Assembly (NCBI RefSeq): GCF_000315625.1
Contig: NW_005434637.1
Location: 443,985 to 507,984 of the forward strand
Direction of reading: 5' to 3'
DNA from: Guillardia theta CCMP2712
Taxonomy: Eukaryota > Protista > Cryptophyta
Length of the DNA: 64,000 nt
Shown one piece after another: positions 11,018 to 24,100 of this stretch (position 1 is its first letter; each line of letters begins with the position of its first letter). The translations under genes were made by a program, and so were the position numbers. Under the pieces are notes generated by a model. It saw only the letters and a program-made list of their open reading frames with translations. It was not told the DNA's origin and searched no databases.

Positions 11018-12271
11018 CTATTTCGATGGGATAAGTCTTCCCCGGAGATTGCTGCACAGGTATCAGGACGAGCAGCAAAATCATGACGATTGGAGACCTT
11101 GGCGTTCCTCAAGTCCTGCGACGAGACGGTCCCCCAATCCAGCTGATCATCAAACGTCACGTCGTCCAACCCAGGCTCGTTCTGCAGTCGGCAATCTGCG
11201 TCAGAGAGGGAGGAGAGCGGCATGACGGCTCACCGAAGGAGGAGGGGGAGGATCATAACTGTGGATCTGAATGATGGGCCATGGAGATTGGCGAGGGCCC
11301 TTAGGATGGTGGCAGTTCAACCTGAGCTGGAGGAGTGTCAGAACAGGGCCCTGCTGGTCACATCCTTAACCTCCTTCCCCTCGGACGCCCACTTGAGGAG
11401 CGGGTCGGTGAGTTGTGTCTGTACGAACTTCTCGAACCCTTCAGCGTCATCGAGCATGAAGTTTGAGGCGATCATCATAGTGTTCCCCTCCCCCCCTTCC
11501 ACCAGGGTTGCCACCTCCTTCCAGAAAGCCTCCTCAAACACGTCAGCCGCTGCATGCGGCATGAAGCAGACTTCACCTGCTGCAGCTCGAACTGGTGCTC
11601 AGCGGGTGTGACGGTGTAGCGCTTGACCGAGAGGAGGATGCGGCCGATCTCCACAAAGTCCTCCTCGTTGTCGATGTGGTAGATCATCAAGTTCTGAAAC
11701 CAGTCAAGAACCCTGTTCATCACCTGCTCGGGATTTCCGGTCACCTACGCTCAACCGTGCCAGTAGCTAGTACCTGCTGCTCTGAGACGGTGGACCGTGC
11801 GGCCTGGGAGCTCGTGGGACCCAGCTGCCTCTTGAAAGTGAAGCAGGGCTGAGGAGCGCTCTCGAGCACGCTGAGGTCAGAGAAGCCGCACGCCGACTTG
11901 AGGTGCTTTGCCATGTCGTCAAACTTGCTGCCTGCACTCTTGCAGTTGGGAGCCACGAAAACGACCTGGGAGTCCTTCTTTCCGCCGCCCAATGACTGGG
12001 AGAAGAAATCCGACATGACCGTGGCGTCAGTCTTGGAGGCTGCGCACACGTACTCGCAATCTTTTGGCGCGCCGTTCCATTCCTGCACAGCCTTGATGGC
12101 TGCCTCAGGCAGGATGCTCGCCATTCTCAGAGAAACCCCCCTGGATGCCTGCGATCTCAGCCCCTTCATCTCGAGCAAGTGAGACGCTGCATGGACCGAT
12201 GGGATCATGAACGCGATACCTTCCGCCATGCATGCGCACAGAAGCAGCGCAATCTCCAAGCATCGCGCCAT
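11018..12271 (-). CDS. Plastid-targeted protein of unknown function, multi-exon
   Basis: Signal peptide MARCLEIALLLCACMAEGIA followed by F (AF motif) and a Ser/Arg-rich transit peptide. Downstream exons are linked by short introns. Confidence 0.7.
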
Positions 12272-12634
12272 GGCCTCCCCCTACAACCCCTACCTTTGAC
12301 TACCCCCACCCTGTGATTCCTTAGTATTCACCCACCCGTCTCACCCCCCGGTCATGCACTACCCTGAATTACAGCTAGACAAGTACCCCTTCTGTCCAAG
12401 GACTTTTACAGGTGACCGGGTCTGCCTCAAAGCTTTCGAACAACCAAGAAGAGTACAAGATCTACAAGTCTATTAGAGGTTGCCACTGCCTCATGTATCT
12501 CGCTGAGGCGGATTGGTTCGTTGATTCAACACTCAGAAAGGATCAGTATCACTGGTGACAACTGCAGCAGCGCCCTTGCAAACATCTTGCAGATTTATTA
12601 TCAAAGGAATAATGTCTCGAGCTCTTGACGTCGC

Positions 12635-14566
12635 TCAAACCCAGTCTCTGGGGTTGCGGAACACTTCCAACACCTCAGCCTCCTTGGAACCCGGCTCAGG
12701 CTGTTGCAACGGTCAGCACAAGGAAGCGGCCTGCCGAGGTGGAGCCTTACCCTGTGATCGTACTCCCACCTGGCAGTCTCGGGAAGAGACATGAGGATAG
12801 ACTCGATGCGCCCACCTTCACCGCCAAGTCACATACAACTCACCACCAACAAACTCAGCTTACCGGTCTTCAATCCAAAGATGGTGCCACGGTCATAGAC
12901 CAGGTTGAACTCCACATACCTTCCACCTGCCGTATCAGGATCAATCCGAGTCGTATGCGACATCCGACGGCTAGCAGCGACAAGCACCCACGTCTCATCA
13001 GTTGCCACTCCTTCTCCTTCTGGGTGAAAGGGTCGTTCTTGTGGGCCTCGACGATGGGCAGGTATGCCTTTGGAACGTTCATCGCACACTCCTGCATCGG
13101 ACAGGATCAATCCGAGCTGAGGATCCTCTGCCTGCCAGACCTTTGCGAACTCGAAGATCTTCTCAGGATCTCTATCATTCAAGTCATCGAAGAAGATGCC
13201 GCCAAGCCCTCGGGTCTCGCCACGGTGCCTGCAAGCGAGATGTGAGCAGGGCCATCACAGCTGCATCGACAGGGACAAGCGGGGGAGAAGCAAAGTCAGA
13301 AAGTTGAGTGAGTGGCGTTACTTGATGAAAAAATATTCGTCTGCCCACTTCTTGAACCTGACAGTGACACGTCAGCAATGAAACGAAGGAAGAGGCTCAT
13401 CCTCACTTGGGGTAGAACTCAGGGTCGTGCTTGTCGCAGACCTCCTTGTAGGTGCCATGGAAGTACTTCATGTCGTCAACATTGAGGTAGGCGGGGGTAA
13501 TGTCGGTTCCTCCTCCGAACCACCAGACTCCTCCCTCAGTTTCCTGCACGCCGTCAACTTGTTGCCCGTCTGCTACAGCACTCTGACTCGTCACTCACAA
13601 AGTATCTGTAGTTGAAGTGCATGGTTGGGCAATGAGGATTCTTAGGATGCATGACCTGCAGTCCGAATCCTTCAGTGGACCAGCACGGCATCAAAGCCTC
13701 GTGTACCGAGCTCAGACCGCAGGCAAAGAACGGGACTCTCTCGCCAGGAGCGTACCCCTTGGCACGGTCGGTGGCGCCAAATTTGAGACGATCGTTGGCA
13801 GCCTGCAGAGTAATCAGCTCAGCTCAGCTCAGCATCCTCTTCCTTGTTGGCATCTCACCTGCAGAGCTTCCGAAGGCATGCTTCCGTACACAACGGACAA
13901 GTTGCAACCCGCTTTCTCCCAGACCTGTTCACTCTGTCATCAACCTTGTCTCGCTCACCTTGCAGCCATACCTTTCCGCCCGTCAACACCCTGGAGATAC
14001 CTCCTCCGCCTCCCTCACGAGTCCAAGCATCTGTCTGGAACTTGGCGCCTCCATCAACATTCTCGACCGACTTGCCTGTCGAAAGGTCAGTCATCAGACT
14101 GCATCAGACTGCAGCATGAAGAGCTCCGCCGCAGAGGGACAAGATCGTATCAGAGATGATGAGAGATCAACAGACTTACAAATGTAATCCTGAGCTTCTC
14201 TGAGCATCTTCTCGAACTTAGCGCGCATGGCAGTGTTGGCGGTGCCATCCCTGCATAAGGTGTCCGGAGCCTTATCAACAGCCTGAAACAAGTCTGAGTC
14301 TGACGAGCAGCACATTGACCATCAAAGCTCTGTCCTCTCACCTTGTGGCTGTCGAAGCCGAGCCCCTCTGACTTCTGGTCCGGCTTCGTGGCCGTAGCGC
14401 GCAGGGCTCTAGCCCAGGAAAGAGGATATGCTCTGCGAGACTTGGATACAGAGGAGGCAAAATTTGTCCTGATGCCAGACAGGGAGGAGGGAGAGGTGAC
14501 GTATGCCGAAGAGAGCGCAGCCTGCGCCAGGAGCGCGAGGGGCAGGAGGGCGGCAGCACCGCTCAT
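12635..14566 (-). CDS. hemF: Oxygen-dependent coproporphyrinogen III oxidase with bipartite plastid presequence
   Basis: [59 protein letters not shown] and RNPRDWV*. N-terminus [22 protein letters not shown]. Confidence 0.95.
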
Positions 14567-14841
14567 CCTGCAGGGAACTAGCATGGAGGCCGTCGTTATC
14601 TCGTCAGTCTTGCTACAGGCGTAAAAAGGGGTCGGGCCATCCCCTGAATTAATTCCAATGCGTCGGGCCAACCCCATGTTCACTGGCAATGTCCCTGACC
14701 ACATCCCCCAACTGACCATCGGGCGCGCGCCATGGACTGCGCCATGGAACGCAACAGAGGGGGACGGGATGGACATAGGATGGGCAGGGCAAAGTGAAAG
14801 TTAGGATAGGCCAGAAGACAGGAAGAAGATAAAACGACGCG

Positions 14842-17365
14842 ATGATGATGCTAGAACGGCATTCCAGCAAGAGGAAGGTGGAGTTACTTGTTCTGTTCCT
14901 GTTTCACGCTATCTCCGACATCGGGATCGTTTGGTCTTCAAATGGATTGCGTTTTGCACAACCCGCGTTTCCTCATCTCTCCTCGAAGATCTTGTGCCAA
15001 CGTCTCTGTTTGCCTGCATGTTCAACGCACGAGCATGCATCGCAGGAGAGGTCAGAACTATCAAGCGCTGAAACACATTGCCTTCCCCCGAAGCAGAGCC
15101 ATACTCGGATGCCTCAAATGCGACTGAGAGGAGGATCACATACATTGGTTCAAACTAAAAGTCATACGATAGGAGAGGACATCCTCGGCGATGGAGGAAT
15201 CATCAAAAGAAAGATCCGAAATTCGACTTCGGACGCATCTCCCAAGACGGACGACTTCGTTTACATCCACTACCGTTGCTACAATGCGAGCTCAACAGTC
15301 CCTTTCGATGACTCTCGAACTAACGACGAGAGGAACAACGAGCCGTTCGGGTTTCTTCTGGGCAGGGGAGACGTCATGAAGGCATGGGAGATCGCCGTGT
15401 CGACCATGAAGGCGGGCGAGGTTTCACTCTTCTTCATTCGGAATGAGTACACGTTTGCTGCCGACGGGAGCCGGTTGAAAGGATTGTTCTCTCTCGCATC
15501 TCCCAACCATGCTAAGGCTGTCCCGCACGACGCAGACATCCTCTGTGAGATCGAGCTGGTGGAGTTCGGAAGGGGAAGGTCCTGCACCAAGGACAGGAAG
15601 GTGCGCTTGTTCGAGCTCGCAGATCGTGCTCCGCTGCCGACGTTCGACCGCCCTAAGTTCCAGTACATCGACGAGGTTGAGCTGAAGTTGTCTGTGAGTG
15701 TTGCAGGCGAGAAGCTCATCGAGCATGAGGAAGTCCCTGCTCGGTATCCGTTCGGCAGGGGAGTCTTGCCTCCCGGCCTCGAGCTGGTCATCAACGAGTA
15801 TCTGTTCCCCAACGTAACCACAAGGTTGCACCTCGTTGATGAGTGGGGCCTCAACTGCTCGCTCTTCCGAAACATGTCCTCGACGAGGAGAGACCTGATG
15901 CCGACAGCGGACATGTCGGACACGAGCTCGGCGGTTGTCATGGACGTCAACGTTACGCTGGTGGACTGGAACACAAGATATCCAGTCGATGATCTCCCCT
16001 CAGGATGGATCAAGTGCGTAGGGTTGCAGGCTCGGATGTGGTCCGCGGCGTCACTGGAGGAGGCACAGTGGAGGTGGGACAGTCACTGGACAGGACAGCT
16101 CTACGATGAGATTATAGATGATGGGACTGAGACGATACTGTCTTTCCGGATGCGAGCGATCAAGAATTCGAGCCACGTAATCCTCTACCAGAGGAAATTT
16201 GTCGAGTGCGAGATCGGGGACGGGAGGCTGCCTGCTGCGGTCGAGATGTCGCTGCCGAGGTTGAAGGTCGGGCAGAGAGGAACGATCTCCTTCTCCAAGG
16301 CTTCGGGTTTGTACCGCTGCAGGGACGCGGAGGAGGAGCTGGAGAGTTTGCTCGAGACTGCGTCGGACATGGCAATGATCGAGTTCGACGTGATCGTACA
16401 TGCTGCGGTCAAGAGCATGGCAGCTTCCAACCTCACCAAGAAGCTCCTCATGGCCAATGAGAGAAAGCTCATCGGCAACAGATTCTTCAAACTGGGCCTG
16501 ACGTTTGCGGCGGAGAACAAGTACAACGTGAGCAATCTTTGACCCTGGATTTCTTGATTCTTGTCCATCCTTCTCTTCCACTTCATCTCCGTCCTCATAT
16601 CTTCAGTGCTGATTTCTGTTTCCCGCACTCCTCTTTGCTATCGCTGTTGTCTTGTTTACGACCTCAACTACCTCCTACTACTCGACTTTCTCCTCCTCCT
16701 CCTTCTCCTCCACTCTGACAGTCTTTTTGCAGGCTGCCATGCTTCACTTGAACTTTGAGGAGCTCGAGAACTCCGATGAAATCCTCGACGCCACCACATA
16801 CGAAGTGTCAGCGATAGAAGACGCAGAAAAGAAAGAACTAATGGAGGCTCAGGGGAATGTCTACTTGAATCTTGCAGGTTTTCAATACCCTCCATCTCCT
16901 CCTTCATCCTTGCCTTCTTGTATTCTTCACTTGCTTCCTCTCTCTTCCCCCCCGTCCTCTTCCTCTTGCTAACTTTGTTCTGCCCGCAGCATGCCAACGC
17001 CGTCTAGGCAATCCAAATCTCGCCGTCAAGTTCTGCGATCTCACGCTCGACATTTCTCCTCGCCTCTCGCAGCAGCTCCGCTGCAAGGCGAACAGATGGA
17101 AGGCGCTCGCCCTCCTAGAGGACGACAAGTATGAGCTGGCCAAAAAGGCGGCCGAAAAGGCGGCCGAGATTGACCCCGACAACGAGGAGGTGCTCAGTAT
17201 GCAGCGAAGGGTCGTAGCACATCACAACGAGCTGATGAAGAGGTGAGGAAGTTGGATGCTGTTTCTGTCGCTGACTTCCTGATGTTTCATTGCACAAGGC
17301 AACGGAGCACTTGGGGTTCTATATTTAAGAAAAAATAAAGAGAGAGAGAGAGAGAGAGAGACTAA
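14842..17365 (+). CDS. Multi-FKBP peptidyl-prolyl isomerase with C-terminal TPR repeats and an N-terminal presequence
   Basis: GDGGIIKRKIR, FDDSR..EPFGFLLGRGDVMKAWEIAVSTMKAGE, further degenerate FKBP domains, and TPRs (KLIGNRFFK, VYLNLAACQ, KANRWKALA). Confidence 0.85.
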
Positions 17366-17406
17366 AGAATGAATAGCTAGACAAAGAAAACTCCAACCTA
17401 AACTTG

Positions 17407-17566
17407 TCAAACGTTGAAATTCCCTTCCAATTCTATCTCCTTCTTACTTAGCGTTATCACTTTCATTGCTTCCAAAGGCACTTGCTCAAAAATTTCTTTC
17501 AGTTCTTTCTGCTCTTGCTCTTGCTCTTGCTCTTGCTCTAGCTCTTGCTTTTGACCTCTGCAAAGA

Positions 17567-17629
<63 letters not shown>

Positions 17630-19275
17630 CTTGCCCTGCGCTGCTTCCTCTGCTGGGTAACCTTGATAACGTTTTCAGCTCGACCGTGAAAGACCTTGAG
17701 CTTGCCTATACTCGCATCCATGGCCTTGTTGATTCCATCTTGCACGTTGGAGGGCAGGAGGCTACCGAAGACGAGGAGGACGAGGCCAACGAACATGGCG
17801 TACCACAGACAGTCCACCCGATGCAGCATCCATCCTCCGCTGCCTTCACCCATGGGAGTAGAGACGGACAGGCAGAAGACGAGGGTGTAAGTGAAGACAC
17901 CAGAAAGCATCGACATGGCTGCCCCGACCGCCGTCGCTCGCTTCCAGTATATCCCCGCGGTAAGGGGCCAGAAGAGGCCGACGAGGAGCCAGACAGAGCT
18001 GAGGTTGACGAAGTCTGAGATGCTCTCCATGGCAAAGGTAAAGCCCCATGAGACGAGCGCGAAGACGACGGTGGTGATGCGGCTGTACTGCAGGAGCTTC
18101 GACGGGTCCGAGTCAGAATAGTAAGGGCGCATTATATTCATCGAGATCAGCACGCCCGCAGCAAGGAGGGTGCCGGAGGACGTCGACATGATGGCGCTGG
18201 TGTAGGCGGCGTAGAACAAGACGTTAGTCACGTCGTCTGTGTACTTCTTCATCACGTCGAGGATCAGGCCTTCGTCGAGAGCTGATATGTCTGCCTCCTC
18301 GCACCCCATAACGTTCCCGCAGGTAGCGAGGTAATATTCCTTCCTCGCCACGAGCCCGATGAACAGGGGCATCTGAGCGGCAACGATGTAGAGGCAGCCG
18401 GCAACGATTGAGGCCACGACCGCAAAGAAGGGCGAACGAGCTGCGTTCATCCTCTCATAGATGTCTTGCGAGGGAATAGACCCGATGCCGATATAGCTCC
18501 ATTGAGCAATGAAGTTGAGAACGCCGCGGAAGGGACCGTAATAGTCTCCCTCCACGCCCACATTTGGCTGCATCCTCTCTTGATAAGTTGAGTAGGCCCC
18601 AAGAAATGTAGTCTCTGTCCTCCCCCCCAGCTCTACCGAAGCGATGATCAAGCACACAACGATCACGATACTCTCAAACGTTTCTGTCCATGCCACTGCA
18701 ATCATCCCTCCTCGAAAGGTGTACAGAGTGATGAGGCCAGTCATGATAACACTTCCAAGATCCTTCTGCATCCCCCACGTTCGATCAGCGATCAGTGAAA
18801 GGCCTTTGATTTGTCCTGCGGTCCACATGAGGTATCCTATAGTATTGATGATCGCACTCAGTACGCCGACTTTGGGTCCGAACCTCTCGACGTAGAAGTC
18901 AGACAGCGTCAAGTTGTTTGTCTTGTAGAGAGGTCGAGCATAGAAGATCCCGTAGAGTATCAAGCACAGCGCTGCTCCGTAAGGGTCAGCAACGACATCC
19001 CCACTCAGTCCCCCTGCCGCCATATTGAACGATGCGCCCAGAGTGGCTTCTGCTCCAAAGAACATGGAGAACATGGAGGAGACCGTGACAAAAAGAGGCA
19101 GACTTCTTCCTGCGGCAGGCAGAGGTTGGGAATGGCACATGACACGTCAAGTTTTACCTGCCAGGACGAAATCCTGTACGTTTGTAATGTGCTTGGAGAC
19201 GTAGACACCAATAAGCAGCGTCAGGAACAGATAAGGTATCGTGAACCCAAAGACAGCTGCATCGAAGCTGGACAT
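17407..19275 (-). CDS. Sodium:solute symporter family transporter (SLC5-like)
   Basis: DFVLAGRSLP, YTFRGGMIAVAWTE, SAIMSTSSG and many TM helices. Intron near 19110-19158. Confidence 0.9.
17512..17630. repeat. (GAGCAG/GAGCAA)n hexanucleotide repeat (QE tract or intron)
   Basis: TCCTGC/TCTTGC tandem copies seen on the + strand. Confidence 0.9.
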
Positions 19276-19675
19276 TCCCCAAAGCTGAGAGCCTCTCGTG
19301 CGGTTCCGAAGGATGTTGAAGGCCCAGGACAGGAGGAACAGAAGCTGTTGCAGGGGAGTGTGCGGGGGGAACGCTGTGTTGAAATCGCGAGTTTTCGTGA
19401 CTCTGGTTTTGTACCCCCTAGACCTCCGGGTCCTAGGAAGATGGAACCCTTTTGATCTGCATATCATCATCGAGGCTCGTAACCCTACATTAAGACACTT
19501 TTGAGCCGTGACGTGGCAGGCGGGCCCGCCGGGCCCGCCGGTTTGTCCGTACCCGGCCCGCCCCAGCTCTCGATCCGGAAATGGTTATGAGCGGGGATGT
19601 GGTTTCGTCATGACGTCGGCCAGAATATCGCTATGTCCAGCAGAAGATAAAGGAGGAAGGGAAGGGGCAGGAAGA

Positions 19676-19752
19676 AGAGCAGGAGGAGCAGGAGGAGCAG
19701 GAGGAGCAGGAGGAGCAGGAGGAGCAGGAGGCGCAGGAGGAGCAGGAGGAGG
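19676..19752. repeat. (GGAGCAGGA)n intergenic microsatellite
   Basis: Directly visible. Confidence 0.9.
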
Positions 19753-20297
19753 AGGCAAAGATTTGGTGACGAAGGAAGAAGGAAATAGATGATACCTTTG
19801 AGGAGTCGAAGCTTCAGCTGCTCTAATATGAACCTAATGGTGGCCCGCTATGGGCCGGTGTATTGGTATACATGTTCCAATCAGAGGAGGAAGGGAGAAG
19901 ATAGGATGCACGTAATGCTAGATAACAGAAGATTTTGATATTGTAATTTTGAAGCAAGATGATGATGAGAACATGGGCATGAATGGAGTTTCTGTTGCGA
20001 TCACTGTCGCAAATACCCAGGAACAAACATTATCCTGGTTTCGAAAGCAGCATGAATGAACAAGGAATCGATCAAGGACCAAATTAAAGGGATACAGGGG
20101 CATGCATCATCGTTTGATCCAGAATCCTTGCATTGTAGACGAGAGAAGTGAATGAGATGGCGTGTGTAATTTTGCTGAGAGGAAATGAGCTCGCATTTTC
20201 TCTGATTGACTCCTGATGGCAGTAGCTTGTCGGTGTACGGGAACATGAGCAAGAAAGGTGCGACATTGCTTTCATCTTCGCTAGCGTCTTCGTAAAG

Positions 20298-20995
20298 ATG
20301 TCACAGGCGGGTCGATCGTGTACTCGCTGATTGCAAGAGAGACGGTTATCCTCGCCGAATATGCAGCAGGGACTGGAAACTTTGCCAGCGTCACCCGCAA
20401 GATCCTGGAGAAGCTGCCGGGAAGCGACAGCAGGATGTCTTACGTGTGCGACCGTCACATCTTTCACATCATGGTGTTTGACGGTCTGACATACATGTGC
20501 ATGGCTGAAGAGGACTTCGGGCGGTGAGAAGAGGAGAGGAGGCAAGTGCGATGTGAAGGTGAGAGGCGTGGCAGGCGTGTAGCCTTTTCCTTCCTGGAGG
20601 ATATCAAGAACAAGTTCCAGAGCTCCTGCGGGAGCCAGGCAAAGACAGCTCTAGCATACGCGTTCAACGAGGAGTTCAGTCGCGTGCTCTGCAAGCAGAT
20701 GGAGTACTTCTCGTCCAGTGGTGAGATGGACAAGATCGACAAGGTGAAGGCGGAGATGGACGACGTCAAGAATGTCATGGTGGACAACATCGAGAAAGTT
20801 CTGAAGCGCGGGGAGAAGATCGAGCTGCTGGTGGACAAGACGGACAACCTGAACCAGCAGAGTATCAGGTTCAAGAAGCACAGCTCTCAGCTGAAGCAAG
20901 CCATGTGGTGGCAGAACGCCAGAATGATGATCTTTGTGGGTGTAGTCGTTGCTGTTGTGTTGGCGATTCTGATCTACTCAATGAGCGGCCATTGA
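20298..20995 (+). CDS. VAMP7: Longin R-SNARE VAMP7
   Basis: Longin domain (IVYSLIARETVILAEYA...RRVAFSFLEDIK), SNARE motif (VMVDNIEKVLKRGEKIELLVDKT) and a C-terminal TM. One short intron at ~20524-20574. Confidence 0.95.
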
Positions 20996-21155
20996 GGGGG
21001 AAGTGGCAAGGGGGAGCAGAGCGATAGTTGGATCGTGTTGGCACCTGGTAGGGGGAGGAGGATGGGGAAACGCAAGAAATCTCGAAAGGTAAAATAGCTT
21101 GGCTAGCACAGGTACATGGTTCTAACTAAAACAACACAAAACCGCCTCCTCTCCC

Positions 21156-24100
21156 TCAAAAGATGAACTTGGGGCTCTTGAATCCCATCGTAGTCAGTCG
21201 GAGGGCAGGAGAGCTCGCGTCGCTCTCTCGCCCGTAGGCACTTCCAATCGATAGGCCTGTCGCTCCTGTGTAGCAGTGAGGAGGACAGGAAGAGGACAAG
21301 GTGGGAGGGAGAGGAAAGTTGGGGCAGGGGGGGATGAAAAAGTGGGAATGGAGGGAGATAGCAGGAAGGAGAGAGTTACCGCTGGCTTCGCTTCTATCTA
21401 GCTTCTCAAACTCTTCGAGCGGGGGGATTGAAGTGTAAGAGGCAGTCTCAGATATGTCGCCAGGAGAGATCTGGAGGTTGATCGAACCAACGCGAGGAGA
21501 GAGCTTGTGCTTGTCGTTGCCAGGAGTCGACATGAGGCCGAAGGTGGAGAGCTGCTGGGGTGCCCGATTCCTCTCCTATAGACAGCAGACATCGATAAGC
21601 AGGTGAAGACCAAGGGTTGACCGGGGGAGGGAAGCGGAGAGAGAGAGAGAGCGCGCGCGCGGGCGAGGAAACGAGGAGACAGAGATGGATGGTGACGAGA
21701 GAAAGCGAGGGAGACGGAGACGGAGGGAGCGCGAAGGGAGAGGAACATGAAGCTCGAGAGAAGACAGGTGCTCCATACCTCGCCGTTGGTCCACAGCGAC
21801 GCCGTTGACATGTCAACACTCATGGTGTGCTGTACGTCCATCTCCGAGTGCCGCTGGATGTGCGAGATGTCGCTGAGCCGACGAGACTCTTCGCTCCTCT
21901 GATGCGACGACTCCATCTCCTCCATCCTCCTCTGCACCGCATCGAAGGCTGCACGTGCCAGCCTTGTCGCCCTCTCCGCGTCGTTGTTGCAGTGGAGGAG
22001 GAGGCGTCTTGCCGTGTGCTCGGTGATGCCGGACCCAACGTTAAGGATGACTTCCCTCACCTTGCTGTCCTCACTCACTAGCGGAGCTTCTTCTGCCTGC
22101 GAGTATCTCGACTCGAGTTCCTTCAGCTTCCTCAGTAGCTCTTCCTTCTCTCCCGCCAGCTTCGCCATCTCCTCCTGATCCTCAAGCCTCGCTACCTCCG
22201 TCAGCCTCAGCCGGTCTCTCGTTTGCTGCGCACGGAAGGTGAGAAGGCAGTGCATGAGAATGTGGAGAGAGCAAGGATGAGAAGGAGCACCGGGAGGGAG
22301 GGAGGGAGGGAGGGAGGGAGGGAGGGAGGGAGGGAGGGAGGGAGGGAAGATAGGATCAGGAAGCTTCATCTGCTTACCTCGAGCTGTTCCTGTAGCTCCT
22401 GCTTGTCTCTGCTCAGCTCCTTGCGGATCGTCTCCACACGCTCCTTCAAGTTCTCCTCCACCTGCTCTGAGTCCCTCGCTGGGAGCTGCGCGATGGCCCG
22501 CTGCAGCGCCTGCTTTTCTGCCCACATGGACTGCATCAGCCGATCCTTCTCCTCCATCGCAAGGACCCTCTCCTCGTCCAGCTGCGCCTGTCCCAAACGT
22601 GTCATCGCCCCTCGAGCACTCAGAATTGCACGCGGCACCCGCAGGTACTCGATCTGCTCCTGCAGCTCCACCCGCCTCGCGAGCTCTTGTTCTAGCGCTT
22701 CCTGTAGGTTGACCACCCCGTTCTCAAGCAAGTCTCTCTCCTTCACCGCCCTGCTGCAAGTCAGCTGAGGTCACAGGGAAAGGCACAAGACCTCTTGAGC
22801 AGTACACTGCTGTTCTCAAGCAGAAACTTTCCTCGCTCTGAAGGATTGGCCCTGTGGTATTTCAGGAGCAGAAGAGCGAGACCAAGGGAGATGGGGGAAA
22901 GAAGGGCTGAAGGAGCAGAACTTGAGCGCTTTCACGGAGGACAATAGGAGAGGCTGGTGAAAGAATCGCACGGAAGAGGCTTTGAGATGTCGAGAGACGC
23001 TCGGCTCGGACTCTCCGAAGAGCTAAGGAGGGTCAGATTCATCAACCCATCTCAGCGTCGTCTCACTTGACGGAGTTGTCGGCAAGCAGGAAGCGGGGCT
23101 CCCGCAGGAGCTGCGAGCATGCTTCCTCGTAGTGGGCCTGATAAGAATCAGGCCAGAAGGGAGGAGGGAGGGGGACCTGAAGATGATCCAGCTGACGCTC
23201 TAGTTCCTTGTTCCTGTCCATAGTCTTCTCTTGCTCAACCTATTGCCTGATCAGCTCTCCCTCTCCCTCTTCTCTGCAGACCTGGCATTCCCACACTCTC
23301 GTGTGTTCCTCATTGATCATGTCCTGCAAACCCTTGATTTGGCCTCTCAGCCTTTCGACCTCGTTGCTCTTCCCCTCCTTCTCTTCACGCAGCTCCTTCA
23401 GCTTGCCGCGCAAGGTATCGATATTCCTCTCCGTGGAGGACAGCAGCGCGTCCCCGTTGTTGAGAAGGTACTGCGTCGCCAAGTTCGCTTGCTCTTCCCG
23501 CGTTTCGTATTCAGAGATCTGAAGGCAATTCAGCGGAGGAAGCAGAGAGCTGGAGAGGGGAGCTGAAGGAGATAAGGATCAGCAGGATGAGAATCTCACT
23601 CGTCGTTGTAGATTTTCGATCCTCTTCGCCATCTCTTTGATCTGAGATTTAAGAACTTCTTGCAGGTTGGACGCGAAAGTCCTTTCTTGCTCCGTCTCCA
23701 TCAGGTATGAAGCAAATTCCTGCACGTGCATCAAGCGAAGCAGAGACAGAGAGGATAGTGGGGGAGGAACCTTCTGCTTGCGCTGGAAGTCTTTCTCCAT
23801 GCACACAAACTCATCTTTGAGGGCTTTTAGGTCGCACTCAAGCTTCCTTCTCTTCGTTCTCTCCGCTTCTGTCTGCCACATCTGATGCTGCAGCCGCTGC
23901 TTCACGTCCTCCATCTCTGTCTTGAGCATCTTCGCTCGCTCTACTCCCTTGGAAGGCGTTCCTCCCGGGCTGACCCCCAGCACTGTCCGCATAGCAAAGT
24001 ACTGCAAAGAAGCTAGTAAGAAGCTTGCAACCGCAGGAGGGGTTAGCGAGGAGGGTTGGAGGCAGACGGAGAGGCGGGAGAGAGGAGAGGCCAAAAGGAT

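Noticed and set aside
11018-12271. DUF1415-like assignment
   Set aside because: Only a vague resemblance, and the diagnostic motifs were not recognised.
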